Positions 40,591-50,333 of a stretch of DNA of 64,000 bases are shown in pieces; positions within the stretch are counted from its first letter, which is position 1, and each line of letters opens with the position of its first letter. Source of the DNA: Spirochaetia bacterium (GTDB lineage: Bacteria > Spirochaetota > Spirochaetia > SZUA-6 > Bin103); the NCBI GenBank assembly GCA_965203905.1, contig CBDBDQ010000005.1, positions 3,968,001-4,032,000 of the forward strand, read 5' to 3'. Below the pieces are notes generated by a model. The model had not been told where the DNA came from. It worked only from the letters and a program-made list of their open reading frames with translations, and searched no databases. A program made the position numbers and the translations under genes.

Positions 40591-41190
40591 CCCACTCGTG
40601 GTGGACCTCTTCGTGGAGGACCGAGCGCATGAGGAGTTCCTGAAGCCACTGCTGATGCGGGTCGCTCGAGACGAGGGAATCACCGTGTGGACGCGGGTCC
40701 GTCGGCTAGAGGCGGTCACGCTCGTGCGATCGCCGAGTTCAAGCTCTACCAGCGAGTCGTTGAGCGTGGCCCGTTGACGAGCGTTTCTGCCGATCTGGTG
40801 GTGGTTGCCATCGACGGGAACTGCTCGACATTCGCCGGTGCCCGAGGTCTCGTGCACGCCGCCGCCGAGCCGTTTGTGCAAGACCGGCTCGTCGCCGCAT
40901 GCCCCGATCCACACGTCGAGCGGTGGTACTTGGCAGATCCGCAGTCGTTCGAAAGGGTCGTGGGAAAACGCCCTGACATCGGCACCAGGAAGTGTGTCCG
41001 GGATCACTACAAGCGGGTGCTGGCTTCCGCGATAGTCCAGGGGGGACACCCGGCCACGCTCGGAGGAGTTGAATTCGCCCCCGAACTGGTGGAAGCCATG
41101 GATCTCTATCGAGCTGGCAGGAACGATTCTTCACTGAAGGCGTTCGTCGACGACTTTCGCGCCAAATTACACCAGTCGGCAGCGCCGTGA
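40583..41190 (+). pseudogene. DUF4276-like (TOPRIM-like) protein, frameshifted near 40700
   Basis: LFVEDRAHEEFL in one frame; GGH..VAIDGNC..PDPHVERWYLAD..SLKAF in another; one missing base. Confidence 0.75.
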
Positions 41191-41245
41191 GGGCCGTGTT
41201 CCGATCGCGCTTCTGGCGTGACCCGAGGAATCACAGAGACTACGG

Positions 41246-42334
41246 ATGGCGCTGACCGCCGGCATCGTGGGCACCGGCCGCCGCGGCGGCGGCTTCAAGG
41301 CGGGGCTCGAAGCGGCCGGAATCCGCGTCGCGGCGGTGTGTGACGTGGATGCCGCAGGTCTGGCCGACACCGCTGCCCGCATGGGCGCGCAACAGCAGTA
41401 CGTGAACTACGAGCAGATGCTCGACCGGTCGGGGATCGACGCGGTGATCATCGCCACCCCGATGCAGCTCCACGCGCCGATGGCGGTCGCCGCGCTGGAG
41501 CGCGACATCCACGTCCTCAGCGAGGTGCCGGCGGGCGTGAGCCTGGACCAGTGCCGGGCGCTGGTGCGGGCCTGCCGGCGCAGCCGGGCGGCATACATGA
41601 TGGCCGAGAACTGCGTCTACCTGCGCAACAACATGCTGGTCGCCGAGCTGGTGCGGCGCGGCCGGTTCGGTCAGGTCTACTACGCCGAGGGCCAGTACGT
41701 GCACGAGCTCAAGGAGCGTAACGAGCAGACCCCCTGGCGCCGTACCTGGCAGACCGGGCTCGCCGGCGTGACCTACGGCACCCACAGCCTGGGTCCGATC
41801 CTGCAGTGGCTGCCGGGGGACCGTGTGACGCAGGTGTGCTGCGCAGACGCGGAGGTCCGGCTGCGCGATCCGCGCGGCGTGGAGTACGCGCAGATGACGC
41901 CGCTGATGCTGTGCCGGACCACGCGCGGGGCGCTGATCAAGATTCGCGTCGACATGCTGTCGGACCGCCCACACGGGATGAACAACTACCACCTGCAGGG
42001 AACCGACGGCTGCTACGAGTCGGGTAGGGTCTCCGCGTGCGGCGCCCGGATCTGGTTGCGCGAACTGACGCCGCAACCGCGCTGGTTCGGCATCGACGAG
42101 GTCGCCGGCTACCTCCCGGAGCCGTGGAAGAACCCGCCGCCGGCGGCGCTGACCGCAGGGCACGGCGGCGGCGACTATTTCGAGATCCTCGACTTCGCGA
42201 AGCTGGCGCGCGGCGCCACGGCCCCGTTTGGAGTCCACGAGGCGATGGATATGACGCTGCCGGGGCTGGTCAGCCAGCAGTCGGCGCTGCAGGGTGGAAC
42301 CTGGCTGGAGGTGCCCGACTCGCGCGACTGGTGA
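41246..42334 (+). CDS. Gfo/Idh/MocA family oxidoreductase
   Basis: IIATPMQLH, SEVPA, YMMAENC, YGTHSLGP, GHGGGD. Confidence 0.9.
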   Translation: MALTAGIVGTGRRGGGFKAGLEAAGIRVAAVCDVDAAGLADTAARMGAQQQYVNYEQMLDRSGIDAVIIATPMQLHAPMAVAALERDIHVLSEVPAGVSLDQCRALVRACRRSRAAYMMAENCVYLRNNMLVAELVRRGRFGQVYYAEGQYVHELKERNEQTPWRRTWQTGLAGVTYGTHSLGPILQWLPGDRVTQVCCADAEVRLRDPRGVEYAQMTPLMLCRTTRGALIKIRVDMLSDRPHGMNNYHLQGTDGCYESGRVSACGARIWLRELTPQPRWFGIDEVAGYLPEPWKNPPPAALTAGHGGGDYFEILDFAKLARGATAPFGVHEAMDMTLPGLVSQQSALQGGTWLEVPDSRDW

Positions 42335-42387
42335 TCCGGCGCCCTCACGCGGTTGACGCGCGGACGCGGCCAGCGTTCCATGGAGCC

Positions 42388-43998
42388 ATGCTGATCCATC
42401 CGCGTTCCCTGCACGACCGCACCTTCGATATCTGGCGCAGTCCCGGCCGCTTCACCAAGAACCCCGACCTGATCGAGCTGCCCGGCGGCCGCCTGATGCT
42501 GGTCTATAGCGACAACGACCAGCACTGGTCGCAGGAGGATCAAATCCTCACCCTGCTGGTCAGCGACGACGGCGGCCGTACCTGGCGCGAGCACCGCCGG
42601 GTGGCGCACACCGACCTGCGCCGCGGCGACGAGCGCATGGTCACCCCGCGCCTGAGCCGGCTGCGCGACGGACGCCTGGTGATCCTCATCGACCTGGACG
42701 ACTTCGGCCACTTCCACGAGCGCCAGCCCAGCGGCATCCTGGCCTACTGGAGCGACGACCAGGGCGACACCTGGCGCGGTCCGCAGGTCACCGGCATCCC
42801 CGGCTACGAGCCGGACCGGGTGGTGGAGCTGCCGGACGGCGCCCTGGGGGTGGTCACCCAGTACCTGACCGACGACCAGGCGCACGGCTGCTTCCTGTTC
42901 ACCTCCGCCGACGGCGGCGCCACCTGGGAGAAGCGCGGCGACGTGGCCTGCGACGGGTACTACCTGTTCTGCGAGGGGGCGCTGGTGCTGCTGCGCGACG
43001 GCAGTCTGGCCTGCGTGATGCGCGAGGACCACTCCGCGGGGCTGCCGAGCCTCGTCACCTTCTCCAGCGACGGCGGCCACACCTGGTCGCCCGCGGAGAT
43101 GCTGCCATTCTCGTTCCACCGCCCCTACGCCAAGCAGCTCCGCGACGGCCGCGTGCTGGTGACCGGGCGCAACGTCAACGGCGGCCTGGGCACCTATGCC
43201 TGGTGCGGCCACCTGCGCGCCGAGGCCGGCTACCGGCTCGGCGGACCGCGCCGCAAGTACGCCGCCCGGCTGGAGGCCGACGCCTTGGTCGTCGACCACC
43301 TGCCCGAGCACGAGTGCCGCTACTGCCTGCTGCCGCCGGAGTCGTCGCGCAGCGGCATCGAATTCGCCGCCGAGTTGAAGGTGGAAGGCCCGGCGGACCA
43401 GCCGCTCGCCTTCCTGTCGATCTCCAAGATCAACGTCGACGCCGGCGGCCGCGCACCGGGCATCGTGCTGTACGTGTACCGCGACCGCCTGGAGCTGGGC
43501 ACCCGCGGCGGTCTGGACCAAGTGCACCGGATTGCAATGACCGACTACCATCACCTCGCCCTGCACCACGACCGCGGCATCCTGGAGCTGCTGGTGGACG
43601 GCACCGCGGTGATGCGCACGATCGTGTTCAACGAGACCCACGCCGTCACCGACAGCTACACCCGCGACCCCGCCAAGCGCACCATGTTCGGCCAGTACGG
43701 CGTCACCGGGCGCAGCTTCTGGCGCCGGGTCAGCTACCGGGTGCGCAACCCCACCGTGCACAGTTGGGAGTGGCAGTGGCGCGCCGGGGACGGCACCTGG
43801 CCCAACCAGTACGAGCGCGAGCGCCTGATCCAGCTCCACGGCAACCACCCCGACTCGCAGCCGAACCCGGACAACGGCTACTCCTCATGGATCGAACGCG
43901 CCGACGGCTCGATCTTCTTCGTCGACTACACCAATCACGGCGACCCGCCGCGCAAGGCCCACCTGGTAGCCACCGAAATCACCCTCGCGGACCTGTAA
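42388..43998 (+). CDS. BNR/Asp-box sialidase-fold protein with inserted domain
   Basis: SDDGGRTW, SDDQGDTW, SADGGATW, SSDGGHTW; C-terminal DNGYSSW. Confidence 0.88.
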   Translation: MLIHPRSLHDRTFDIWRSPGRFTKNPDLIELPGGRLMLVYSDNDQHWSQEDQILTLLVSDDGGRTWREHRRVAHTDLRRGDERMVTPRLSRLRDGRLVILIDLDDFGHFHERQPSGILAYWSDDQGDTWRGPQVTGIPGYEPDRVVELPDGALGVVTQYLTDDQAHGCFLFTSADGGATWEKRGDVACDGYYLFCEGALVLLRDGSLACVMREDHSAGLPSLVTFSSDGGHTWSPAEMLPFSFHRPYAKQLRDGRVLVTGRNVNGGLGTYAWCGHLRAEAGYRLGGPRRKYAARLEADALVVDHLPEHECRYCLLPPESSRSGIEFAAELKVEGPADQPLAFLSISKINVDAGGRAPGIVLYVYRDRLELGTRGGLDQVHRIAMTDYHHLALHHDRGILELLVDGTAVMRTIVFNETHAVTDSYTRDPAKRTMFGQYGVTGRSFWRRVSYRVRNPTVHSWEWQWRAGDGTWPNQYERERLIQLHGNHPDSQPNPDNGYSSWIERADGSIFFVDYTNHGDPPRKAHLVATEITLADL

Positions 43999-44084
43999 CC
44001 CGGGGCCGGGTAGCTGCTGCCGGTCGTTTGTCCGCCGGCCGTCCTTGGCGCTTGACCCAACCAGCGACCGATTGTTATGTACAG

Positions 44085-44109
44085 CCAACATTGGAAACTC
44101 CAATGTTGG
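44085..44109. promoter_or_regulatory. Inverted repeat, probable HipB-like operator
   Basis: CCAACATTGGA-AAC-TCCAATGTTGG, 11 nt before the HTH gene start. Confidence 0.6.
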
Positions 44110-44120
44110 TGGAAAAAGAC

Positions 44121-44462
44121 ATGCCAAGGCTGACTAGAATGGCGGGCTCTCCCCCGGCCGCGGTGGAGGAAGCGCTGCAGCGGCTGGGGCGGAACATCCG
44201 CACGGCACGGCTGCGGCGCGGGCTCCCGCAAGCCGCGCTTGCCGAGCGCATGGGCGTCTCGCGCTTCGTGGTAGCGGACGTCGAGAGGGGCAAGCCGACC
44301 ACGGGCGTCGCCGCCTACGTGGGCGCCCTGTGGGTGCTGGGCCTGCTGGGCGACCTGTCCGAGGTGGCCGATCCGGACCGCGACGAGGAAGGCAAGACGC
44401 TGGAACGCGCCCGCGGCCCGAGGCGGGCGCGGGGCCGCCGGGCGCTCAGCGATGAGTTCTGA
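44121..44462 (+). CDS. XRE helix-turn-helix antitoxin (HipB-like)
   Basis: LGRNIRTARLRRGLPQAALAERMGVSRFVVADVERG; overlaps hipA. Confidence 0.85.
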   Translation: MPRLTRMAGSPPAAVEEALQRLGRNIRTARLRRGLPQAALAERMGVSRFVVADVERGKPTTGVAAYVGALWVLGLLGDLSEVADPDRDEEGKTLERARGPRRARGRRALSDEF

Positions 44463-45773
44463 GCGCGAGTGCTTCGTCTACATCGTGCCGCCGAGCGCGA
44501 CGGAGTTCGTGACCGCCGGGCGCTTCCGCTGGATCGACGACGGCGCCGCGGCGGTCGGCCAGTTCGTGTATGGACGCTCCTACCGGGAGCGGGCCGACGC
44601 GGTCGAGCTGGACCCGGTCGATCTGCGTCTCTCGACCCAGGTGTACGAGACGGCACGCATGCAGGGGTTCTTCGGTGCGATCCGGGATTCGATGCCGGAT
44701 TTCTGGGGACGGCGCGTGATCGAGCGCAACTCCGGTCTTGGCGAATTCAGCGAGTTCGACTACCTGCTGCAAGGACCGGACGACCGCGCCGGGGCGCTGG
44801 GCTTCGGCCTCTCTGTCGAGTCCCCCGCTCCGAGGCGCCGCTTCAACCGAACGCTGGATCTCGCCGCGCTCCAGCGCGCGGCCGACGCCATCCTCGACGA
44901 CGATCCGGAGCGCGCAGAATCCGCGGCGGCGCCGATCGAGGAGCTGCTTCTCCTCGGCACCTCGATGGGCGGAGCACGTCCCAAGGCGGTGGTGGAGCAC
45001 GCGGGCGGTCTCTGGTCGCCAAGTTCGGCCGCGGTGACCACCGCTGGAACGATTCGCGGGTCGAGCACGGCATGCTCGGTCTCGCCCGGGCATGCGGCCT
45101 GAACGTCGCGGCCAGCCGTGTCGAGACCGTGGCGGGAGGCGACGTGCTGCTGGTGCGCCGGTTCGACCGTGAGCGGGCCGATGCCGGTCGAACCCGCGCC
45201 GGTTTCCGTCGCCACCGGATGGCCAGCGCCTTGACGCTGCTGCGCACCGGCGACGGACTTGGAGACCGCGGCGACTGGTCCTATCTGCTGCTCGCCGATG
45301 AGGTGCGCCGCGTGAGCGCGAGACCGCAAGACGATCTGCGCGAGCTGTTCGGCCGCATGTGCTTCAACGCGGCAGTGTCCAATCTGGACGACCACCCGCG
45401 CAATCACGCGGTCCTCGCCCAGGGACGGCAGTGGCGTCTGAGCCCGGCCTACGACCTGACGCCGGCGCCCGTCGTGGCACGTGAACGGCGCGATCTGGCG
45501 ATGGCCTGCGGCCGTTTCGGGCGCTACGCCGACAGGACCAACCTGCTGAGCGGTCACGGGCGTTTCCTGCTCGCACAGGCGGCGGCGGAGGCGGTGTTCG
45601 ACGGCATCGCCAACACCGTGCGCGCGCGCTGGCATACCGAGATGCGCTGCGCCGGAGCGAGCGAGCGCGACTGTGAGACGATCCGGCCCGCGTTCCTGTA
45701 TGACGGCCTCTTCTACGAGAACGGTGGTATAGGCTCACAACTCCGCCGGATCGGCGATGGGGACGGACGGTGA
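44452..45773 (+). pseudogene. hipA: HipA family kinase toxin, frameshifted near 45015
   Basis: PDFWGR, GTSMGGARPK, then AKF..E, RRFDR, NLDDHPRNH, LSPAYDL in a second frame. Confidence 0.85.
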
Positions 45774-46169
45774 AAGCCGCCGGAATTCGTCGACGTTGTA
45801 CGTCGCGATGACCTCGGCGCCGGCTCCGCTGAGCAGGCGGATGATGAACGCGTCATAGGCGGCCCCTCCCGCCGCAGGGACTGCAACCAGCCGAGCGATG
45901 ATGTCCCATATCGTCGCTGCCGCAAACGGTGCAATACGCGCGTGCTCTTCCACGGTCTCGCGCAGGACGATCTCGGCCTCGGCAGGGGCTACCCGGTATT
46001 GGGCGGGGAGGCGCGTGAGCACGGCGTACGCCTCCAGCACGGAGTGGTGCGCGACGACCACGTCATGCGCTTCGAACGCGGCGTCAAGCCACCGTGCCGA
46101 CGACGCATGAATCGGGTGGTTCGCGTGTACGGCCGCTATGATGACCGACGTGTCTACCCCGATCGTCAC
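45735..46169 (-). CDS. vapC: PIN-domain VapC toxin
   Basis: VDTSV, E..VLTR, YDAFI, TYNVDEF. Confidence 0.85.
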   Translation of the reverse strand: MTIGVDTSVIIAAVHANHPIHASSARWLDAAFEAHDVVVAHHSVLEAYAVLTRLPAQYRVAPAEAEIVLRETVEEHARIAPFAAATIWDIIARLVAVPAAGGAAYDAFIIRLLSGAGAEVIATYNVDEFRRLSPSVPIADPAEL

Positions 46170-46432
46170 GTCAACAGGCCGCCCTTACCGTCCAGGTGTC
46201 CGGTGCGAACTCGGTCGACGGCGAAGATCTCCGCCGGTGCCGTGCCCACACCGGTGTCCACTGCCGCGATGCGGCCGCGGCGGACGATTCGTCGCTTGGG
46301 CATGATCGGCAGCAACGTGATGCCGTCCGGAATCGTGACGATCTCGATCTCGACTCCTGGTTCAAACCGGTACCGCTCGCGTAGCGGTTTCGGTATCACG
46401 AGCCGGCCGGAACGATCGATGCGCGTCTTCAT
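46166..46432 (-). CDS. AbrB/MazE-type antitoxin (VapB)
   Basis: MKTRIDRSGRLVIPKPLRERYRFEPG; overlaps vapC. Confidence 0.85.
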   Translation of the reverse strand: MKTRIDRSGRLVIPKPLRERYRFEPGVEIEIVTIPDGITLLPIMPKRRIVRRGRIAAVDTGVGTAPAEIFAVDRVRTGHLDGKGGLLT

Positions 46433-47106
46433 GGTAGTCCAGAGTGTCATATTGGATGGCATCTGGCAAGAATAATGGTACTGAACCAATCCAGGAGCAA
46501 ACGGTCTGCACGCCAGACTATGGCGTCGAGCAGCTTGCGACGCTGCTCGACGGGATACGGCTACGGAGGGCGATGCCGGGCTGCGGAAGCTTCGCGGGCG
46601 ACACCGAGGATCTCGAAGCGATGTGCCGGACGAGCTGATCGCGAGTCAGTAATCGGCGGTCCGCTGATCACAAGCCGATGACAGCGCCGATGTTCGCGAG
46701 CGGGACGCCTGGACCGCAAGGGCGGCACCCGGAGTGCTCGCGAAATCACTGCGCCGTCGTGGCGTGGGCGATACGGATCAAGGGCGTCGGTCGCCATGTC
46801 GCGTGGAGGAGGAGGCGCTGAGACTGCCCTTACGGATCCTCCTGAGGGGCCGCGCTATTATCTTGCGGTTTATTGTTGGGTCGTTGGCCGGCGGGGTTGG
46901 CCGTCGGCCTTGGGGTCTGCGGTTTCGGCCGTTGTCCACCCCTGCGGAGAACACCTTCGTCAAGGGGGCGGATCACTCTATCTTCGGCTGCCATCAGCTT
47001 CCTCCAGGTCAGCGGGGCAGATCGTACCATGCCGGCGCATGCGACCACAGGTTGCACCATCGCGGTGGTCTATCGACAGCGCGGCCGACATCCCACGCAC
47101 TAGCGG

Positions 47107-48535
47107 TCAGTGCTCGCGGGCGGACAGGAACAGGTCGTAGGAGTTGCTCTGCCAGGAGTTCTCCGCTACGAGTCCGTCTCCGGTAGCTCGCATGCGCGCC
47201 ACCAGGCGCTCCTTCATACGGCGCAGGACGTGCTTGAAGGCCACCATCCCGGCGAGGTTATGCAGCTCGCCGGGGTCCGAGCGCAGGTCGTACAGCTCGT
47301 CCTCGGTGGCCGGGTTGTAGACGTACTTCCAGTTCGCCGTGCGGATCATCCGCGTGCTGTACAGCGTGGTCTCGTAGCCGTGGAACTCCGCGAACACGTC
47401 GTCGGGCCAGTCGGCCGGCGTCTGCCCCACCAAGCAGCGGCGCCAGGGAGCGGCCGTCCGCGTCGGCAAGCGGTTCCGCCGCGGCCAGTTCCAGGAGCGT
47501 GGGAGTCAGGTCCACCAGATTCGCGAACGCCGTGGCGGTAACGCCGGGCTCGATGCCGGGGCCGGCAACCAGGAGCGGCACGCGGTGGGTCTCCTCGTAC
47601 ATGTGGAACCCCTTGTTGAACAGGCGGTGGTTGCCGAGCATGTCGCCGTGATCGGAGGTCACCACCACGACGGTGTCATGCCCGTGTCCTGTGCGCTCCA
47701 GCGCAGCGAGCACGCGGCCTATCTGGTGGTCGACGAAGCTGCAGTACCCCCAGTAGGCGGCGATCGCACGCTGCCAGTCGGGCCAGGTCAGGTGGGCGGC
47801 GTTCCAGCGCATCAGCTCCTTCTGCTGGATCAGCGGCTTGCCGTCGAACCGCTCGTCGAAGTTGGCCGGCCGCGGAACCTGGGCCGGGTCGTACCTGGTG
47901 TCGTACGGCTCCGGTACGGAGTAGGGGAAGTGGGGTCCGAAGAAGGAGGCGGCAACCATGAACGGGGCGTTGCCGCTGCCGAACCCGTCGATCATCTCTA
48001 TCGCCCGATCCGCGGTCCACGCTTCCTGGGTGCGGTCGGCCGGCAGCGTGTTGCGGCCCGCGAAGGGCGCTGATCCGCCCCACTCCAGGCGCTGCACCTC
48101 GCTGCGCGCGAAGTCGTAGTCCGGCTGGTCCAGGGAGCGCAGCCACTCGGCGGGCGTATGCCAGCGGTGCACGTGCCACAGTGCGCCGTCATCCTCCCGC
48201 GGCAGATGCCACTTGCCCGTGTAGCCGATCCGGTAGCCCGCGCCGGCGAGCCGGGAGAGCAGCGTCGGCTGGCCGATGAGCCGGTCGTCGAACACGCCGT
48301 TGAAGTTGCCCATGTTGGACAGCTGCCGGTGATTGTGGGGATAGCGGCCGGTGAGCAGCGACGCGCGCGCCGGGGTACACAGCGCGATCGGCGTGAAGGC
48401 GCTGGCGAAGCGCACCCCCGCGGCGGCCACCGAGTCCATGGCCGGCGTCCGGCACACCGGTGCGCCGTTGCAGCTCAGGGCGTCGTATCGAAGCTGGTCG
48501 GCCAGCAGGATGAGTACGTTCGGTGGCTTCGGCAT
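47107..48535 (-). pseudogene. Sulfatase (Cys-type), single frameshift near 47425
   Basis: PNVLILLADQ, CTPARASLLTG, GKWH, SDHGD; C-terminus (DELYDLRSDPGELHNLA) in another frame after a G run; may be a sequencing error. Confidence 0.85.
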
Positions 48536-48693
48536 CGGTGCTCACAGATACCACGACCGCCCGCCGCCGTCGACAGGCCTGCCGCGCTGCTCCGCGGGGT
48601 GACGCCCGTTCTCCGGGGCGAGGTCAGATCGCCGAAGCGCGCCACCGTTGCCGGCATCCGCCAGCGCCATCTAACATGCGGGCCGCCGGAGCC

Positions 48694-49548
48694 ATGAAAG
48701 ACGCAACGCCTTACCGGGAGTGCAGCGCGCTGCTGGACGATGCCACTGCCCTGCGCGCCGCCGCGCGTGACCGCGGCTACCTGTTCTTCCGCGGCCTCCT
48801 GCCCGCCACGGCGGTGCGCCAAGTGCGTCGCGACGTGCTGCAGGAGATCCAGCGCCAGGGGTACCTGGCGCCGGGCACGCCGTGGGACGACGCCGTGGCC
48901 AGGCCCGGCACCTCGCTCTCCGCGTTCGACATCCATCCCGAATACCGGGCCCACTACAACGGGTTGCTGCGGCTGCACAGCTTTCATGCGCTCGCGCTGC
49001 ACCCACTCCTGCTGGAGGTCCTGGAACTGCTGTTCGACGAGCCGCCGTTGATGCACCCGCGGCACATCTGCCACGCGATCTTCCCCGGCGATCCGAAGGA
49101 CGTACGGGTGCCGCACCAGGACTTCTTCGCCGTACGCGGCACCACCGATACCTGGACCGCGTGGCTGCCGCTGGGCGACTTCGGCGCCGAATTTGGCGGT
49201 GGGCTCGGCATCGTTCCCGGTTCGCACCACCGCGGGCTGCAGGACGCCGACGACTGGACCATGGAGGTCAAGATGGCGCCGGGCGTGCGCTGGGCCTGGA
49301 GCCCGATGAACTGCGGCGACGTGCTGCTGTTCCACAGCCTGACCATCCATCACGCGCAGTTGAACACCACCGACCGCGTGCGGCTGGCGGTGAGCTACCG
49401 CAGCCAGCCCGGCAGCCACCCGGTGGCGGCAAGTTCACTGGAGCCTCACATGCAGTTTCTGACCTGGGGCGAGCTGTATCGCGACTGGGCGGCGGACGAT
49501 CCGTTACGCTACTACTGGCGCGTGCTGCAGCCCCGGGTCACGGAATAG
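48694..49548 (+). CDS. Phytanoyl-CoA dioxygenase (PhyH) family protein
   Basis: RGYLFFRG, PHQD, WTAWLPLGD, VPGSH, GDVLLFHSLTIH. Confidence 0.9.
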   Translation: MKDATPYRECSALLDDATALRAAARDRGYLFFRGLLPATAVRQVRRDVLQEIQRQGYLAPGTPWDDAVARPGTSLSAFDIHPEYRAHYNGLLRLHSFHALALHPLLLEVLELLFDEPPLMHPRHICHAIFPGDPKDVRVPHQDFFAVRGTTDTWTAWLPLGDFGAEFGGGLGIVPGSHHRGLQDADDWTMEVKMAPGVRWAWSPMNCGDVLLFHSLTIHHAQLNTTDRVRLAVSYRSQPGSHPVAASSLEPHMQFLTWGELYRDWAADDPLRYYWRVLQPRVTE

Positions 49549-49599
49549 CGCATCCCACTTTGGGACATCCAATAATAACAATACCGGGCGACAGGCTGA

Positions 49600-50220
49600 G
49601 CGCTTAGGAGTCTTGTCGTCGGGACAAGGTCGCTCCGGATCCGGCCGAAGCATCGCACGGGCCAATCGTCTCGCACGTCGCGGGAGCGTCACCACCGGCG
49701 GACGAATGCCAGCGGTGTACGCCCCTCGGCGTGTCGTTATCGTCCCATGGCAGGGCCACTGCCCGTGCAGCCGACTCGGTATCCTGCGCTGGCGCGGCGG
49801 GCCAGCAGCGTGGGCTGTCCGATTACAGGTCCTCGAACACCCCGCTCAAGCTGGCCTGTGGACCCAGTCCACCGCGTGCCGCTCCCGATAGCCTGGGAGC
49901 CGATGTTGAACAAACGGTGATTGCCGAGTATGTCCGTATGTCGCCGTGATCCAAGGGCACCGCGTCGTGTCGCTGCCGTGCTCACCGGATTCGCGTGCGG
50001 ACGTGGCCGCATCACCAAGTCCATCGCCGGTATGTGGCACGCCTGAGCCATGTCGCAGTCTGACGGAATTGTGACGCGCTAATTTGGCCGAAAGAATGAG
50101 AACGATGAGAATGCTCGGCCGTTTACGCAACGGTGTCTCGCTGATACCATTACGACCAAGGCTTTCGAACACTCTGGCCTCCCTAACGAACGCCGCTCGG
50201 AGGTCCGCGGCTGTCCTGAC
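49600..50220 (-). pseudogene. Scrambled degenerate duplicate of the sulfatase gene and its upstream region
   Basis: KRPSILI, IPAMD, DILGNHRLFN and IGQPTLLARRASAGYRVGCTG match parent KPPNVLI, TPAMD, DMLGNHRLFN and IGQPTLLSRLAGAGYRIGYTG. Confidence 0.85.
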
Positions 50221-50333
50221 TGACACGAGCCAGTGAAGACTCCGCTTGGAACACCCCAAGCGCGAACTGATTTTGGATCCTCTACTGATCGAAGAGTAGC
50301 TGATCCAACGAAAAGGCACGAAATGGAAGTAAA

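Noticed and set aside
40687-40720. Programmed ribosomal frameshift in the DUF4276-like gene
   Set aside because: No slippery heptamer; a single-base loss is the simpler explanation
46815-46980. Possible IS/MITE end (GAGACTGCCCTTACGGATC ... CGTCAAGGGGGCGG)
   Set aside because: Only a weak imperfect inverted repeat, with no target duplication or transposase remnant
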